From the NCBI RefSeq assembly GCF_902713615.1, contig NC_052158.1, positions 106,776,540-106,840,539 of the forward strand: a stretch of DNA of 64,000 nucleotides, in the 5' to 3' direction. The DNA is from Scyliorhinus canicula (taxonomy: Eukaryota). This document shows positions 46,396 to 60,094 of this stretch, one piece after another. The translations under genes were made by a program, and so were the position numbers. The notes below the pieces were generated by a model, which saw only the letters and a list, made by a program, of their open reading frames with translations, was not told the origin of the DNA and did not search any database. Position 1 is the first letter of the stretch. Every line of letters starts with the position of its first letter.

Positions 46396-47546
46396 CTTTA
46401 AGTGTTTGGGTGCGAATGTTCGAAACTTGTGCAAAATAAGTATTTCATTTCCATGTTGTACTGCACCTCTGTTCAAATGAAATAAACACTTACTTATGCT
46501 CAAGTGGGTCATTAACAAATGATTTATTGTCAGGCAGCATTGCACCAAATATGTATGTTATTAGTGTTTTTTTGTGACGATGAAAATTGCATCTAGATTT
46601 TAAGCAGGTTTTTAATCTATATAAGGGAATCAGAATCAGCCACCCAATTTCATACTGTGTGAACAAGTTTCAAATATGGTGTTGCACAATTCAAACAAGA
46701 CAAACATGCTGCAGAATTAATGTGCTGGGTGCAGTCTGCAGATTTGCCACCTGCACCAACATTCAAACGGAAAATTATTCAAGACCAAAAGCAAAAGTGA
46801 ACAAAATGTTCATGCTCAAAACGTTATGCCTGCCAAACGTTACGTGAACATGTTTATACAATCTTGCTGCAAATCGAGGCATTGAAAGACATTGTAAAAA
46901 TGAAGTAAGTTGCTACCAGATTGTAAAATACATCTGCTATCAGCTGGACTCAAGTTAGAATCCAGGTTTCTGGGATTTATTCCTGGATAAATTCCTGGAG
47001 AATCTGGGGCAGTTAGTAACTGTTGTGTGAACTATAGGGAAAGTGAAAGTCAAGTGATGTGAACAAGGGAAAATGGTTTTTTTGTTCAATTTCCTGGTGG
47101 AAATACAATGCCATCTGAGTCCAAACTCAAAAAACAAGCTGTAGATTCTAACATCAGAAAAGGTACTCAATTCAACATAAAAACAACTTGTTACAACCCT
47201 TTTGAGGATACATAAAATTATAATTAAAACGGGATGAATATTTAAATGATGAAATCTGATTTTCAGTTTTAAAAAATGTTCATGCAGGTTTATTGATACC
47301 TGTGATATTTAATGTTTGAGCATTTATTCATGTAAAATAAATGCTCTCATTATAAAATGATGTGCCAAAAATGGAAGGGTACTAATCTCGGTGTCTACCT
47401 GGTATAATAATATTTAATCCTTGACATAAAAGGCTCATACCAGTCCTTTCACATAACTCCCAAAGACATACTGAAATAACTTATCCTTTTTATTCATGAA
47501 AATGCATCTAGTCATGTATTGTCCTGGATTTTGCAGCTAGAATAAT

Positions 47547-47774
47547 TTTTTAAACATAATTTAGAGTACCCAATTCTTTTCGTTCCAACTAAGGGGCAAT
47601 TTAGCGTGGCCAATTCACCTACCGTGCACATCTTTTTAGGTTGTGGGGATGCGACCCACGCAGACATTTAGTGAATGTGCAAACTCCACACAGACAGTGA
47701 CCCTGGGCTGGATTTAACCAGGTTCTTCGGTGCCGTGAGGCAGCAGTGCTACCCATTGCACCATCGTGCCACCC
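47547..47774 (-). mobile_element. HE1-like SINE, short variant
   Basis: aatttagagtacccaatt..aggggcaatttagcgtggcc..gtgcaaactccacac. Confidence 0.85.
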
Positions 47775-49485
47775 AAAGTTAAATAATTATCAAGCTATCT
47801 GCATTTACTTATTCAGGGGTAAATCAGATAGCAACTTGTGACATCCACACATACGCAGTTAAATGGAGAAATATGGATGTTGCTATCTAAGTTGCTCTGC
47901 TCCTCCAAAAGCTTTGTGATAACATTATCTCATTGAGAGACTCGACACGCAATGCAGGAAGTGTTTTAAATGACTGTACTTACCCACTAAACATGCCAGA
48001 AATAGTTAGCGCTGTTCCATTCAAGGGTAGATGAGTTTTTAACAGCGTGCTGAGTCTTAAATTACTTCCCACTTCTGCACCACTGAACATTTATTTTTCA
48101 GGCTGGAGAAGCTAATTTCTTCAGATATTAATTATTGTTAGACATTTAAAAAAATTGTTTTCTTCTAATTTTTTTTCTTTCTTTCCTCCCTCCCTTCATT
48201 CCAGCATTCTTTCCCTCTATTTATTTCACTTTTATTACATGATTTGACATAGGTATAAATATTCAAACCTATACCTCCTGGTTCTGACCCTGCAGGCAGG
48301 CTTTTTCCACTGGGATCGGGATCCCAATGCCAGGACAAAATGCTGGCCCCAAGCCATGAATGTCAGAAGTCAAAATTCATGGAGACATTTTTCTGGAGGC
48401 GGCCTCTGATTGACTACCTCTATGTTCACCATCGTGTTAAGGATGGCAGTTGTGCTACTCACCTAATCACAGGGCTGTCAGATCTAGAGGCTCAGCAGTC
48501 TCACTGTGCACGGTTGGGGCACAAAGGTGCAAATAAATCTGGGAGGGAACCTCAAAGAGGTGTAAAAACAATTAAATATTTCACTGAGGGGAAGGTTAGA
48601 AGTACTTTAGGATTAGACAGATCTTTTGGGCAGCAGGGGCCTCTGGTCGCCTCCTTGGGGGAAGGAGCCTCCAGATCTGATTGCCCTCCCAGACTGCCCG
48701 AGGGAGCCTGCCACCTCCCTGTGACTGGAGGCCTTTCTGCTGTTAGCAAAATACCGGTAATGCTGTAAAATCTTGCCTAATTAGAGCGTTCACTATTTAA
48801 ATTGCTAGTGTGCCACTGTGCAGCAGGCATGCGATCCAGTTCTCAGGCTGTCCTGGGTAACCTCCTTGCAAGTTTAGAATGTGTTAGTGAGATGTCCTGA
48901 TGTCGCTCGCCTCCGATTTTGCTGGCACCACCCCTCCCCACCTCCACTTCTGCCAGCACGCTGGCAAAATTCAGGCTTGTGTATCTCAGTAAGAACTTTA
49001 TATTATGGGTGCTTGACGAGACACGCTGCTGCTTAACCTGTTCACAAAGCTCCCAAGGTCCTGGTAAAGCGCATTGCACAGTTTTGGCTGTCAGATAATC
49101 ACAATGTAAAATCCCACAGCTACTGTTTGTTTGTCACCTGCAATAAAATGTTAGCCATTCTACCCAGTTGCAGTTTCATTCCTGTAAGTATCTCAGTTTG
49201 CTTCGATGAATGAATAGCTTTGTGTACATCAGTGCTGCTTGGTCATGTCTCACTAAGACATCTCCACCTTCAGTAATAGAGCAGTAATAAGTACTGCCAT
49301 AATATTCTCTTTTAATTTAAAGCTTCACTCAAGTATGAAAATTGGATAAGTTACATTGTGTTCTCTACCTTACACAAAGAAACACACCAACCACACAAAG
49401 AGGATTAGTAACTCAAGTGGATTGTTTTATCTGAAGAGATGGAACTAACTACACACAATATCTGGGAAGCTTGTTAACATGTCTG

Positions 49486-50174
49486 GGGCAAAATTCTCCG
49501 ACCGCCAGCAGGGTCGGAGAATCGCCTGGGGCCGCCGAAAATCCCGCCCCCGCCGTGGCTGAGATTCCCCGCCACCCGGGAAGTGGCGGCGGCAGCAATC
49601 TCGCCACTCCGATCGGAGAGGCCCCTGCGGTGATTCTCCGGGAAGTCCCGCCGCTAGGAGGCCTCTCCCACCGCCGAGGTTTGAACCACCTCTGGAACGG
49701 CGGCAAAAGCGGCGCGAGCGGGGGCCGGGGTCCTTGGGGGGGGGGGGGGGGGGGGCGGGGGGAGATCGAACCCCAGGGGTGCCCCCACGGTGGCCTGGCC
49801 CGCGATCAGGGCCCCCCGCTCAGACTCCGGGCCAGTGCCCTGGCTGCACTATTTTCCTCCGCGGCCGCCACGGCCTCCGCCATGGCGGAAGTGGAAGAGA
49901 ACCCCACATCGCGCATGCGCTGGCAGTGACGTCAGCGGCCAGCTGCCGCTGACGTCACTGCTGGCGCATTCGCCGACCGGCGAAAGCCTTTCGGCCAGCC
50001 CCGCTGCTGGGGGCGCCGGTTTTTTGCGCCAGTCTTCTGGTGCCAACCGCTCCGGCACGGGGCTGGCCCCCAAAGGTGGGGAGAATTCTTTGGGGATGCC
50101 CGACCCCTGAGTGGTTGGCGCCACTCCCCTACTCCGGAACCCTCCGTCACGCCGGGTAGGGGAGAATGCCGCCC
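49486..50174. mobile_element. PIF/Harbinger-type MITE
   Basis: TIRs gggcaaaattctcc and ggagaatgccgccc with 3-bp TSD CTG. Confidence 0.87.
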
Positions 50175-50492
50175 CTGATCTCTAAGACTGTTCCTATCTT
50201 CTGCCCGATGACTACATGAGTATATATGTCACATCCATGATGCACAGCAGTTTTAGATATAGCCTTAAAGGTGTATCACAACAAGTAATTGTACAGAGGG
50301 TTGGATTTTCAGTTCGCTGCGGGAATGAGTTCCAGTGCAGATGGGCCAGGAAAATCACACATTTGGAAGGCGTCAATGGTTCCCAGCGCCTCAGTGATGT
50401 GATTCGATTTTCAAAGGGAGAACAAGAGGGGGTGAGATGGCAACTCGAACAGAGTACTGTGTGTAATTCTGGGTTCCATACTATTTTTTTTA

Positions 50493-50840
50493 ATCATAGA
50501 ATTTACAGTGCAGAAGGAGGCCATTCGGCCCATCGAGTCTGCACCAGCTCCTGGAAAGAGCACCCTACCCAAGGTTAACACCTCCACCCTATCCCCATAA
50601 CCCAGTAACCCCACCCAACACTAAGGGCAATTTTGGATACTAAGGGCAATTTATCATCGCCAATCCACCTAACCTGCACATCTTTGGACTGTGGGAGGAA
50701 ACCGGAGCACCCGAAGGAAACCCACGCACACACGGGGAGGATGTGCAGACTCCGCACAGACAGTGACCCAAGCCGGAATCGAACCTGGGACCCTGGAGCT
50801 GTGAAGCGATTGTGCTATCCACAATGCTACCGTGCTGCCC
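50493..50840 (-). mobile_element. HE1-like SINE, long variant, full length
   Basis: Reverse complement is near-identical to 15118-15461. Confidence 0.92.
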
Positions 50841-51279
50841 CTAAGCTACAATAAGACATTGGAAAACAAGGAGAAAAGATTACCTCACATAATAAAGTTG
50901 GCTACAAAGCGTATGAAATTCTATAAAAGACGACGATTACAAACGTCCTTTGAAAGGAAATTGCTGTTATTTGTAACACATTAGATTTAGATAGGCAAAG
51001 TGGAAACAATCTTGACAGACAGATTGAAAGACTTGCATAATGAATTACAAATGATAGTGCCGTACATAACAATTTGAAATAGCTTTCAAGAATATGCACA
51101 GAACCACTAACCAAACAGATAATGTAAGAACATTAATCTTTGTTGTTAGATCTGTATCCTGACAGAATCCAGCAACTAATTGCTGAACATGAATAAAGCT
51201 TGTTCACTTTTTAAATACCTCTGATACATTGAGTTTTGTTTAAAATGCTGAAATGAATTTATCATTTTGTTGTGTCAGA

Positions 51280-52225
51280 CCTGGCTTAGTGTGTCACCCT
51301 CTCTGCACTAAGTCACAAAGGTTCTGGGTTCAAATCCCACTCCAGGACTTGAGCAGAAAGCTGACACTCGGGTACAGTACTGAGGGAGTGCTGCTCTTTT
51401 TCTTTCGTTATTGGGATGTGGGTGTCGCTGGCTGGGCCAGAATTTGCTGCTCATTCCTAATTGCCCTTGAACTGAGTGGCTTTCTCAGCCATTTTAGTGG
51501 AGGGTTTTGAAGAGTCAACTGCATCGCTAAGTAGGTCTGGATTCACATGTAGGCCAGACCCGGTAAGGACGGCAGATTTCCTTTCCTGAAGGACATTGGT
51601 AAACCAGATGGGTTTTTACGCTAATCGCCAACGGTTTTATGGTCATCATTCGACTTTTAATTCCATATTTTTATTGAATTCAAATTTCACCACCTGCAGT
51701 GGTGGGATTCAAACCCGGGATCCTAGAACATTACCCTGGGGCTCTGGATTACTATTCCAGTGACAATACCGTTACGCCATCATTGCCCTGACGAGGAGTG
51801 CTGCACTGAGGGAGGTGCCATGTTTCAGAAGAGATGTTAAACTGATGCCCTGTCTGTCTGCCTTCCAGCAGTTCAAGAAAGTGATTCATCACAACTTTCT
51901 CAAGACCAATTAAAGATAGGCAACAAAAGTTAGTCTTCCCAGCAATACTTGAAAGAATGAATAATGTCTCAGGTGAACACTATTTTGAAGAAGAGCAGGG
52001 GAGTTTTCCGCAGTATCCTAACTAATATGTATCTCTCAATCAACATCACAAGACAGATATATTTGGTTATTGTAAATATTTTTTTCGGACCTTGCTGTAA
52101 TCAAACTGGCTGCCATATTTGTACATTACAATATTGACTGCAATTCAAAGGCAGCTCATTTGCTGTTAAGTGATTTGAGATGTCCAGTGTGTGAAAAAGT
52201 GCAAGAATGTTCAAGTCTTTTTCTT
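51280..52225 (+). mobile_element. DeuSINE (SacSINE1/AmnSINE1-like) with nested insertions
   Basis: ggttcaaatccc B-box; agtactgagggagtgctgc..ggaggtgcc..gagatgttaaac..ttgaagaagagcaggggag..tcaatcaacatcac; L2-like tail. Confidence 0.8.
51398..51788 (-). mobile_element. SINE family B, full length, inside the DeuSINE
   Basis: Complete head to tail. Flanking repeat ggagtgctgc. Confidence 0.82.
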
Positions 52226-52391
52226 TTTTTTTTGACACCTAAGTATAAATTCTGTATTCAATTTCAAAGAAAATTGTTTTGTTATGCTGCTGCCAGGCCT
52301 TATCTTTTGTTTTGAAACCAATAGAGGTCTCTGAAATTCCCTGTACTCATTACCTGAGTTGCTAAATGTTGCTTGCTGCCCTAACATAGGA

Positions 52392-53372
52392 TGTTAAGAA
52401 ATGCAAAGTTACCTGTCTCTGGGGCATTTTCAAGGAGGAGGTTGAGGATTGCATGTTTTGTCATCTTCTGGGAGATCCATCACATGTGCAGAGCAGGAAG
52501 ACCATGCATGTTCAATCCAGTGATCTGGGTACTTCAGAGGCCGTGGGAGAGATCACTTCCATGGTGTGAGAACAGCAAGCACGGAGATTTCATATGATGC
52601 CATATGGAGGTGGAGGGGTGCCGTGATAGAGGGAAGAACCATGGGGACAGTGGGCTTCCAGGGAAGGAGGAACTACCGGGAGAGAGACCATTGGAATGAG
52701 GAGACCTCTCAGGAGCAGAAAACTGGTTGGAACTGTGATGGAAGAGAGGAGTAAAGGAAGATACTCCAAGCAGTGAAAGAGATGCTCTGTGCTGGCTCCC
52801 AACAGGCCATCTCATAAATGTTCCTGAGAGCTGAAAATGCAGTGGAAGGTCTTTGACTCTATGCTGCAGGCCATTAGGGCAAACCTTTTGAGCGGTAGTG
52901 ATCGGCTTGGTGTGTCTGAAGAGCCTGGAGTTGTCCTGTGAGTCAGTGCTGTTGGATACAGCCTCGGGAAGCTAGTGGAACTCAGTCTCTGAAGAAGTGA
53001 TCAAATCATCAGGAAGTGAGCAGTCGTTGAGGCAGACCAAGTCAAAGCGTCTTTTGAAAGGAATTCAGGGGCTAGATCTTCAAAAATGAAGACTTGAAAT
53101 TCCTCAGAGTTTTAATGAGTTACTGATAAATCCTTGCGATATGTGTTGGTCATATCTGCAATTTATTAAGCAGTGTGGTGTATTCAACCACAGTATGTCT
53201 GTTAATTTGTTTGTACCGCATGTTCATTTTGAATGTATAAAAACGGTGTAATCTGGTGGGTCTATCCTCTTAGTAATTTCCTGAGATTTCAAACTTTGTC
53301 TACTTTAAACAAAATTTTAGGTCCTTAGGTGGTTTGTGCTAAAATTTGGGGGTTGAGTGCAGGATCCTAACA
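52392..53372 (+). mobile_element. Probable solo LTR (~980 bp)
   Basis: tgttaaga...tcctaaca inverted termini. TSD is poor. Confidence 0.4.
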
Positions 53373-53750
53373 AAGGCAATGAGTCATTTCTCATATTTAC
53401 CAACTTCTCTCATCCATCTGGATTCTGTGTTTGAAGGTGTCATGCCTGTGTTGGAGTTACAGTAGATATAGTTGAGATCTGTTTGTTAAAACTTAAACAC
53501 TGCTTGCTAGCCTCTGTGTGACACTGATTTCTTGGCCTCCAGGTCCAATTTGGCATATAATTTGTCACAGAACCATCACATATTTTTGGACAGGTGATTA
53601 GTTTGTATAAATGTATCACCTCGTTCCCTCATTATGATCGTCCATTGTTAGAAGAGAGTATTTTCCATTTTTTCACTTGCTCACAATGCAACAACACTAA
53701 GGCCATATAATTTCTTCCATCCTAGAAATTTTTGATTAATCTTAGAATCT

Positions 53751-54100
53751 TGTGACATTGTGGGAAATGTTCAGAATACAAAAGGTTAATGTCATATCAG
53801 AATTAACCACTATATGCAGCCAGATGCAGAACTATATAAAGCACTGACTCACAGACTTCTGGGAGAAGACTGGAGAGGACAGCACAGGAGCAGTGAGAGA
53901 GAACAGAGTATAGTTACAGATAGAGTGTGGAGACTAGTGTTAGTTGAGTGTAGATTGTTGATTACTAGATTATTGTTGACTACAGGAGTAAGCGGTCGAG
54001 CTTTAATAAGTAGTGTAAATGAATGTAAGCTTTGTTAATGAACTTAGCTTCTGTGGTCTTAGTGAAAACTACAACAACAAAAATCACAAAGAACACCAGA
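53751..54100 (+). mobile_element. Probable solo LTR related to 14148-14851
   Basis: tgtgaca..aaggttaa..aaccacta..ttagcttctgtggtc..actaca..aaagaacacc parallels the 14148 LTR. TSD not clean. Confidence 0.55.
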
Positions 54101-54157
54101 TGCTACCAGGAGTGGAAATCTTCAAGGACAAAGAACGCCATAAATCTGATATAATCC

Positions 54158-54530
54158 CACTGCTGCCTCATGGCTCCGAGAACCTGGGGAGGGGCTGGTT
54201 TAGCACAGGGCTAAATAGCTGGCTTTGAAAGGCGATCATGGCAGGCTAGCAGCGCCGGTTAAATTCCTGTACCAGCTTCCCCGAACAGGTGCCGGAATGT
54301 GGCGACTTGGGGCTTTTCACAGTAACTTCATTTGAAGCCTACTTGTGTCAACAAGCGATTTTCATTTCATTTCATTCATTTTGATCCCGGCCCTGGGTTA
54401 CTGTCTGTTTAGAGTTTGCACCCTGTTTGCGTGGGCCTCACACCTGCAAGATGTGGGGCTAGGTGAATTGGCCATTCTAAATTATCCCTTAGCTGAAAAA
54501 TAATTGGGTACTCTAAATTTATTAAAAATT
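54158..54530 (+). mobile_element. 5'-truncated short HE1-like SINE with a family C SINE (54191-54380) nested in its B-box
   Basis: 13-bp TSD tctgatataatcc. Confidence 0.8.
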
Positions 54531-57314
54531 GATTCTGATATAATCCTGGGTATTAATTATGAGGCTCCTGGGTAATATTACACCAGGCTTTGAAACCATT
54601 GGAATCCGTCCAGACAAGTGTCCACATTTTGGGGGTCATGCCTTCCATGTTAATTCTATTTATTTTCATCTAACTGTTTGCCTTCCTTCAGAGAAGACCT
54701 GTGGCTGCATTCCAATAGGGCGTCTTAAAAAAATGATGAGTTACAAGGACGATATTGCGATATGCCTGTTACTTTGCCAATAAGCTATTTGGAATCTTTT
54801 TTGGTCATCAACCTTATATATAAAAAAGATACACCCATACGTATTAGAATATAGGTTATTTGTAACGAGTAGGTAAATACAGATGTATTTTTGATTTGAA
54901 TAATATTTATTAGTGGAATGATAACTCCCACAAATGAAAAATGGAAATAATAATGGACATCAACAGCTGTCAGTTTATACAATGGTCTGCAATCAAGGTA
55001 ATCTGAGTTCCTTCTCGTTGTAACTGTACATTTTGATGTTGAAAAATACAAAGAGTCTTGCCACGATCGGGAAGTTTGCTGCACCAGCTTTTCCTTAGAA
55101 TATCAGCATTGTCAGTAAATGATGAACATTGCACAAGAAAAGGAATAAGGTCACTACTTTCAATTCTTTTTATGATCATTTAAAAATGGTGATGTTAGCC
55201 CTTGCAGGCTTCCGAGCACCAATATTACCTCTCTCGGGAGACGTTCACTGCTGCTTAAACAGGTAATAAAGACCACAGTAAAGGTCATGAGGAACTTGTG
55301 CAGTGTAAGTATAGTTATGCACATAAAGTATGATTTAGGATCATGGAATGGTGGTCTGGAACTATTTTTGTGACTGATGGTAAAATTTGAGCTGAGAAGT
55401 TGCTTGACTGAGTATTGTTCAATCAGGTTGGTGATCAGATTAACCACTGCTTGTGTAGAATTTTGTGTTATTTTGATGTTTGATTATATTGTAAATGTAC
55501 AAACAAAATTTATATGAATGATCAAACGCAAGGTAACCAAACTTATTTGTGCTCTCACACCTCCACACTGGTCGTTTAATTGTCTACGACATCCTTTCAT
55601 CATGAGATAGGAGGCAAGAAGACCAGGATTCTCCATTCTGAAACCGAAGTTCTCCCACCAGCAGAGAATCATTACTAGTCTCTGCTGTCGTGAGAAGCGG
55701 GTCCTGGTATGCAAGTCATGGCCCTTTGCCGTGCTAGTTTTTGCATGGGGAAGAGCTCACTGGATTCTGTCGGTATCCTGCTTTCGGGCCGGCATTTTCA
55801 GCGGATGCCCCGATATCAAGGTCCAGTGGTGGGCTGCCCACAATGCAAATCCTGATTTCCCACCCTCCAACCCCGCTGACAAGTAGGGCATCCTCCCCCC
55901 TCCCTCCACGGGAATAACGGGTCTCCCCATCCCCCACATCACATATGCATGAGGCTGACCTAATATCTGCTGAGAAAAAGAGAAAGTGAAAGCACTTACC
56001 TCATTTTGATGTGGTGAGGAGCTGTCAATCATAGCGATGTTTATAAACATTGTGATTGCATCAATGGAGGGTACCTGAGATGGACTCGGACGTTGTGTGT
56101 GTGGGGGGGGGGGGAAGGGGGGGGAGGGGGGGGGCCTTCTGATGGACTTTGGCAATCCCAATCGAAGCAGCATTGAATGGAGATTCCACCCCATTCTCTT
56201 TCCAGACACTAAACCGAGTTAGATTATTTTTCCCTATTTGCAGAAGCAGCATTTGATAATACAGTGTTAATCTTACTGTCAAAATAAATTTGACCTAATC
56301 TCAGTTAGTGCCCACCTTTTACAACATTTCTCTAGTTACTTGCTTGTAAAAGAAACATATTTCATAACCTTATTCACTTACAGAACAACCATTTGAGCAG
56401 TAAAATGCCTATCATATCTTTACTGACTATTGGGTTCATACATGCTTATCACTGAACTGTTCAAGAGACCAATGAAATAGTTATAAATTATCTTTAAAAT
56501 AGCAGGAGCATAAGCTATGAATTATTCAGTTAAATGCACCTGCTTAATATTGTTTGTTATTTTAAAACATGATGCATCTGGAGGGGAAATTTGGAAGTGT
56601 GGAGTACAATGAAGTGGCTTAAGTAACATCTTTACTCCATAAATCATCCGAGTAATCGATTAAAGTACAGGACCCCAGAAGATTCACAAAGACATACCAC
56701 TGGACGTTTATATTAGTTTTTAATTGCAGTCATGCTTATCTGCTTGCTTTGTTCTGTGAAGAATCCAAAGGGACTTTAGAACCAGCAGCCAAGCAGATTT
56801 ATACCCTGGTATTAGGTGGTTGCAACTCACTTAACAATTTGGAATGGGGGCTTTTGGAAATATTTCCTATTAGCCATGTAAAATATTAGCCTACTGAATT
56901 ACTTTTAATTACTTTTTATTTACCTGTATCACAAATTTTTACTTCAGAAGGTGTGTGAGGTAAACCCCAACCAGCATTATGTATGATCGCCAGATACAAT
57001 TGCAAAGCCTGCCTATTTAATTTTCTTTGTGCTTGAACTTCAAAAGGGATGAAAAGTGTATCACAAACAGTATGGTTCAACAATTCTTGATAGTATCAAA
57101 GGGATAACTCGAATGGTTCAGGGTGAATAGTCAAGGAGCTGCATTAAACTGTTGTCCATTAATGTTAGGAACAAAGGGCTTCATAAACTAATGATCTGCT
57201 GTCCTAAAGGAAGAATATAAAAATGGCTCATAATATGCTGCATTATTTAAAATACTTTTTAATTTTCAAATAAGCCTGTTCCATAATTTATAACTCAACA
57301 TGTGACCTGATAGA

Positions 57315-57780
57315 GGGCGGAATCTTCCCAAAATTTGGCACTTATTTTTGGCATGAAAACCATAGAGAATCCCACCGGCCCAAAAACCGTAGAGAATCCC
57401 GCCGGCCCCATCAGGCACAATCCAGACCAGAGTTGTTGGACACTTGAAAAAACATATTATAGGAAACCACAGCATCCATGGTGCAATACGTCTGATTCGC
57501 TCCCACTGGGAATGCCTGAGCAGTCAGTCGGGCGCGCTGCGTTTGAACGTTCACAGTCTAGCAAAGAGCATGGTAGCAGGAAAGACAGCCCCAAGGATCA
57601 AGGAGGAAGCTCTGACATGCGTATTGAATGCTGTGGAGGAAAGGAGGGCAACTATTTGCTGGCAGGTGGGCAGGAGACCCTCCAGTGAGGTAACCAATCT
57701 GACATGGCTGAGCTGATGAGTGGTGAACCTGATGGTTCAAGGCATCAACTGCATCATGCAGACACTGGTGGGCATCCACT
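57315..57780 (+). mobile_element. Harbinger end fragment with the start of the Myb/SANT-like ORF
   Basis: TIR gggcggaatcttccc; peptide KTAPRIKEEALTCVLNAVEERRATI. Confidence 0.65.
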
Positions 57781-57784
57781 CGTG

Positions 57785-58300
57785 CAGGGTTTTTCAAACT
57801 CGGGGTCGTGATCTCAGGCAGGAGCCAGTTCGGCCACGGAGCGATTGGTCATGGCGTTCCTATTGTGGGAAAAGCGCCCAAAGGCCGCAACCAGTTTTTC
57901 AGGATACCGGCCACGACTGGCTTTTAAATTGAGAATGCCAGCCGTGACTGGCCTTTAAATGCGAGTGCTGATGCCTTCCCACCAGAGGCGGCGTCAGAGA
58001 GCAGGTCACGCATCTAGCACATACATTGACACATGCCCTGTATGTCGTGCGCACAAAATCATGGAGAGATCCCTCCATTTTGTAGCCACCAGCAAAGCAA
58101 CAGGAGTGTGTGAAGAACTGAAGATGGATCATTTTGTAATCAGGAAGAAAGGGCCAGAGACACAAACTGGCCCGGATCTCACAATTGAATCTGCTACAGA
58201 GTCCTTGGCAGGACAAAGCACTGCTGGTGTGAGTTGTATCCAGAGCTCCAGGCCTTTGATGAACAACTCATTAAGAAGTAACTGAAGGGCCTCTAGTGGT
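57785..58300 (+). mobile_element. hAT element 5' fragment
   Basis: caggg..ttcaaact TIR-like start and MDHFVIRKK transposase-like N-terminus. Confidence 0.55.
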
Positions 58301-58339
58301 GACATGTAGGTGGAGGTCACACTTTGGGTGGCACCCGTC

Positions 58340-60030
58340 TGAGCTTTTGTTTTTGGCCCTTTTCACCTATATTTGATTGAGGAGTATGTTGGGTTTGATT
58401 GTATTGGGGAGGTCGTGCCGTCAGTGGTTTGGGAGACTCTGAAGGCAGTGGTGAGAAGGGAGGTTATTTTGTTTAAGGTTGTGGTGGATGAGGGAACTCA
58501 GGGTATTTTACGTCATTGATTGATAAAAGTGATCCTGGAAGTAAACTAAAGATATGCTGGGGACCCGGGACTTTTGGTGAAGAGGAAGGAGTTGAAGCCA
58601 AGGTTTGGTCTGTTGACCCCGGGGAAAAGTGTTGTGTCAGCTGAGAAAGGCGAAGAGAGCATCTATGAGTATGGGGAGGAGGCCGGTCAGCTCTGTAGGC
58701 AGGTCAGCTCTGTAGGCAAGCTGCGACCGATTAGGGCTAGGACGGGAGACCTGGTGGTGGCCCGCGAGCGGATTAATAAGGTGTTTGAGAAGTTTTATAG
58801 AGAGGGTGGTGCTGGAGGAATCGATGGGTAGAAGAAGCGAAGGTGGCAATTAGGAAGGTGCAGATAGGGAATGAGGCAGGGCCGAATGGTTTCCAAGTGG
58901 AATTCGATAAGAAATTTAAGGATAAGCTGGTGAAGTTGTTGGTGGAAATGTTCGAGGATGTGATTGGCAGGGGGGTTTTGCCAAAACGATAAGAAAGGCC
59001 CGCATCTCATTGCTGCTAGAGAAGGATAAGGACACGGTGGAGTGTGGGCCGTACAGGCCCATATCTCTGTAGACGCTAAGATATTGGCAAAGGTGCTGGC
59101 ACTAAAGTTGAGGTGTACCCACTGAGGGTGATTGAGGGGGATCAGATGGGATATGTTCAGGGTAAACAGCTGTCATCCAAGGTGCAGCGGCTGCTGAATG
59201 TGGTGCTCACTCTGGCAGAGGGAAGGCAGGTGGTGGTGGCATAGATGTGGAGAAGGCACTTGATCGGGTGGGGTGGAGTTATTTGATTGCGGTAATGGAT
59301 TAATTTAGGATTGGTCCGAATTTTGTGACATTACTGTATAATGACCTGATGGCATGTGCACTAACAAACAATGTGAACTCAGGGTATTTTACGTAGCACT
59401 GGGGAACGAGGTAGGGATGCGCCATTTCCCCCCTTCTGTTTGTATGAGTGATAGAGCCCTTGGTCATTGTGCTGAGGAGCTCAGAATTGTGGAAGTGGAT
59501 AGTCGAGGGGGGGGGCGGGGGGGAGAGAACATAGGGTGTTCTTGTATGCGGACGACTTGTTGTTTTACATATCGGAACCGGGCTCCTCGATAGGGGATAT
59601 AATGGGTTTGCTAAAAATAAATTGGGACATTTTTGGGGTGAAAGCTGAACTTGGGGAAAAGTGAGTATTTTGTGGTATAAGCTCCTGGGTCTAAGGTTGG
59701 GGTAAGAAGGCTGCTGTTCCATGTGGCAATTTCTCATTTTAGGTATCTGGGGCAGGTGGCTCTGGATTGGGCATGTCTTCGGAAATTTGAGTTTTTCAAG
59801 CTTGATGGTGAAGGCAGATTTGTTGAGGTGGGATAATCTTCCTCTGTCATTGGCAGGCCGGGTGCAGGCAGTGAAGATGAACATTTTGCCGTGATTTTTG
59901 TTTCTATTTCAGTGCCTGCCGGTCTTTCTGCCCAAGGTGTTTATTAAGGGGGTGGATAGGCTAATTTCCTCATTTGTTTTGGGTGGGAAAGGCAGCCAGC
60001 ATAAGGAAGACCAGTTATTTACTGGCGGGC
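58340..60030 (+). mobile_element. Heavily decayed L1-clade ORF2 fragment
   Basis: G-rich coding strand; YRPISL, LYADD (ttgtatgcggacgac), LPLSLAGRVQAVKMNILP. Confidence 0.8.
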
Positions 60031-60094
60031 TATTTTCACTGGCAGGCGACTGCACGAGAGCTTGTTTGAGTCCGGGATGGGGCAGTGGACGTGG

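Noticed and set aside
57355-57410. 26-bp tandem duplication (aaaacc.tagagaatccc.ccggccc) x2
   Set aside because: A small subterminal repeat or slippage within a Harbinger end, with no independent significance.
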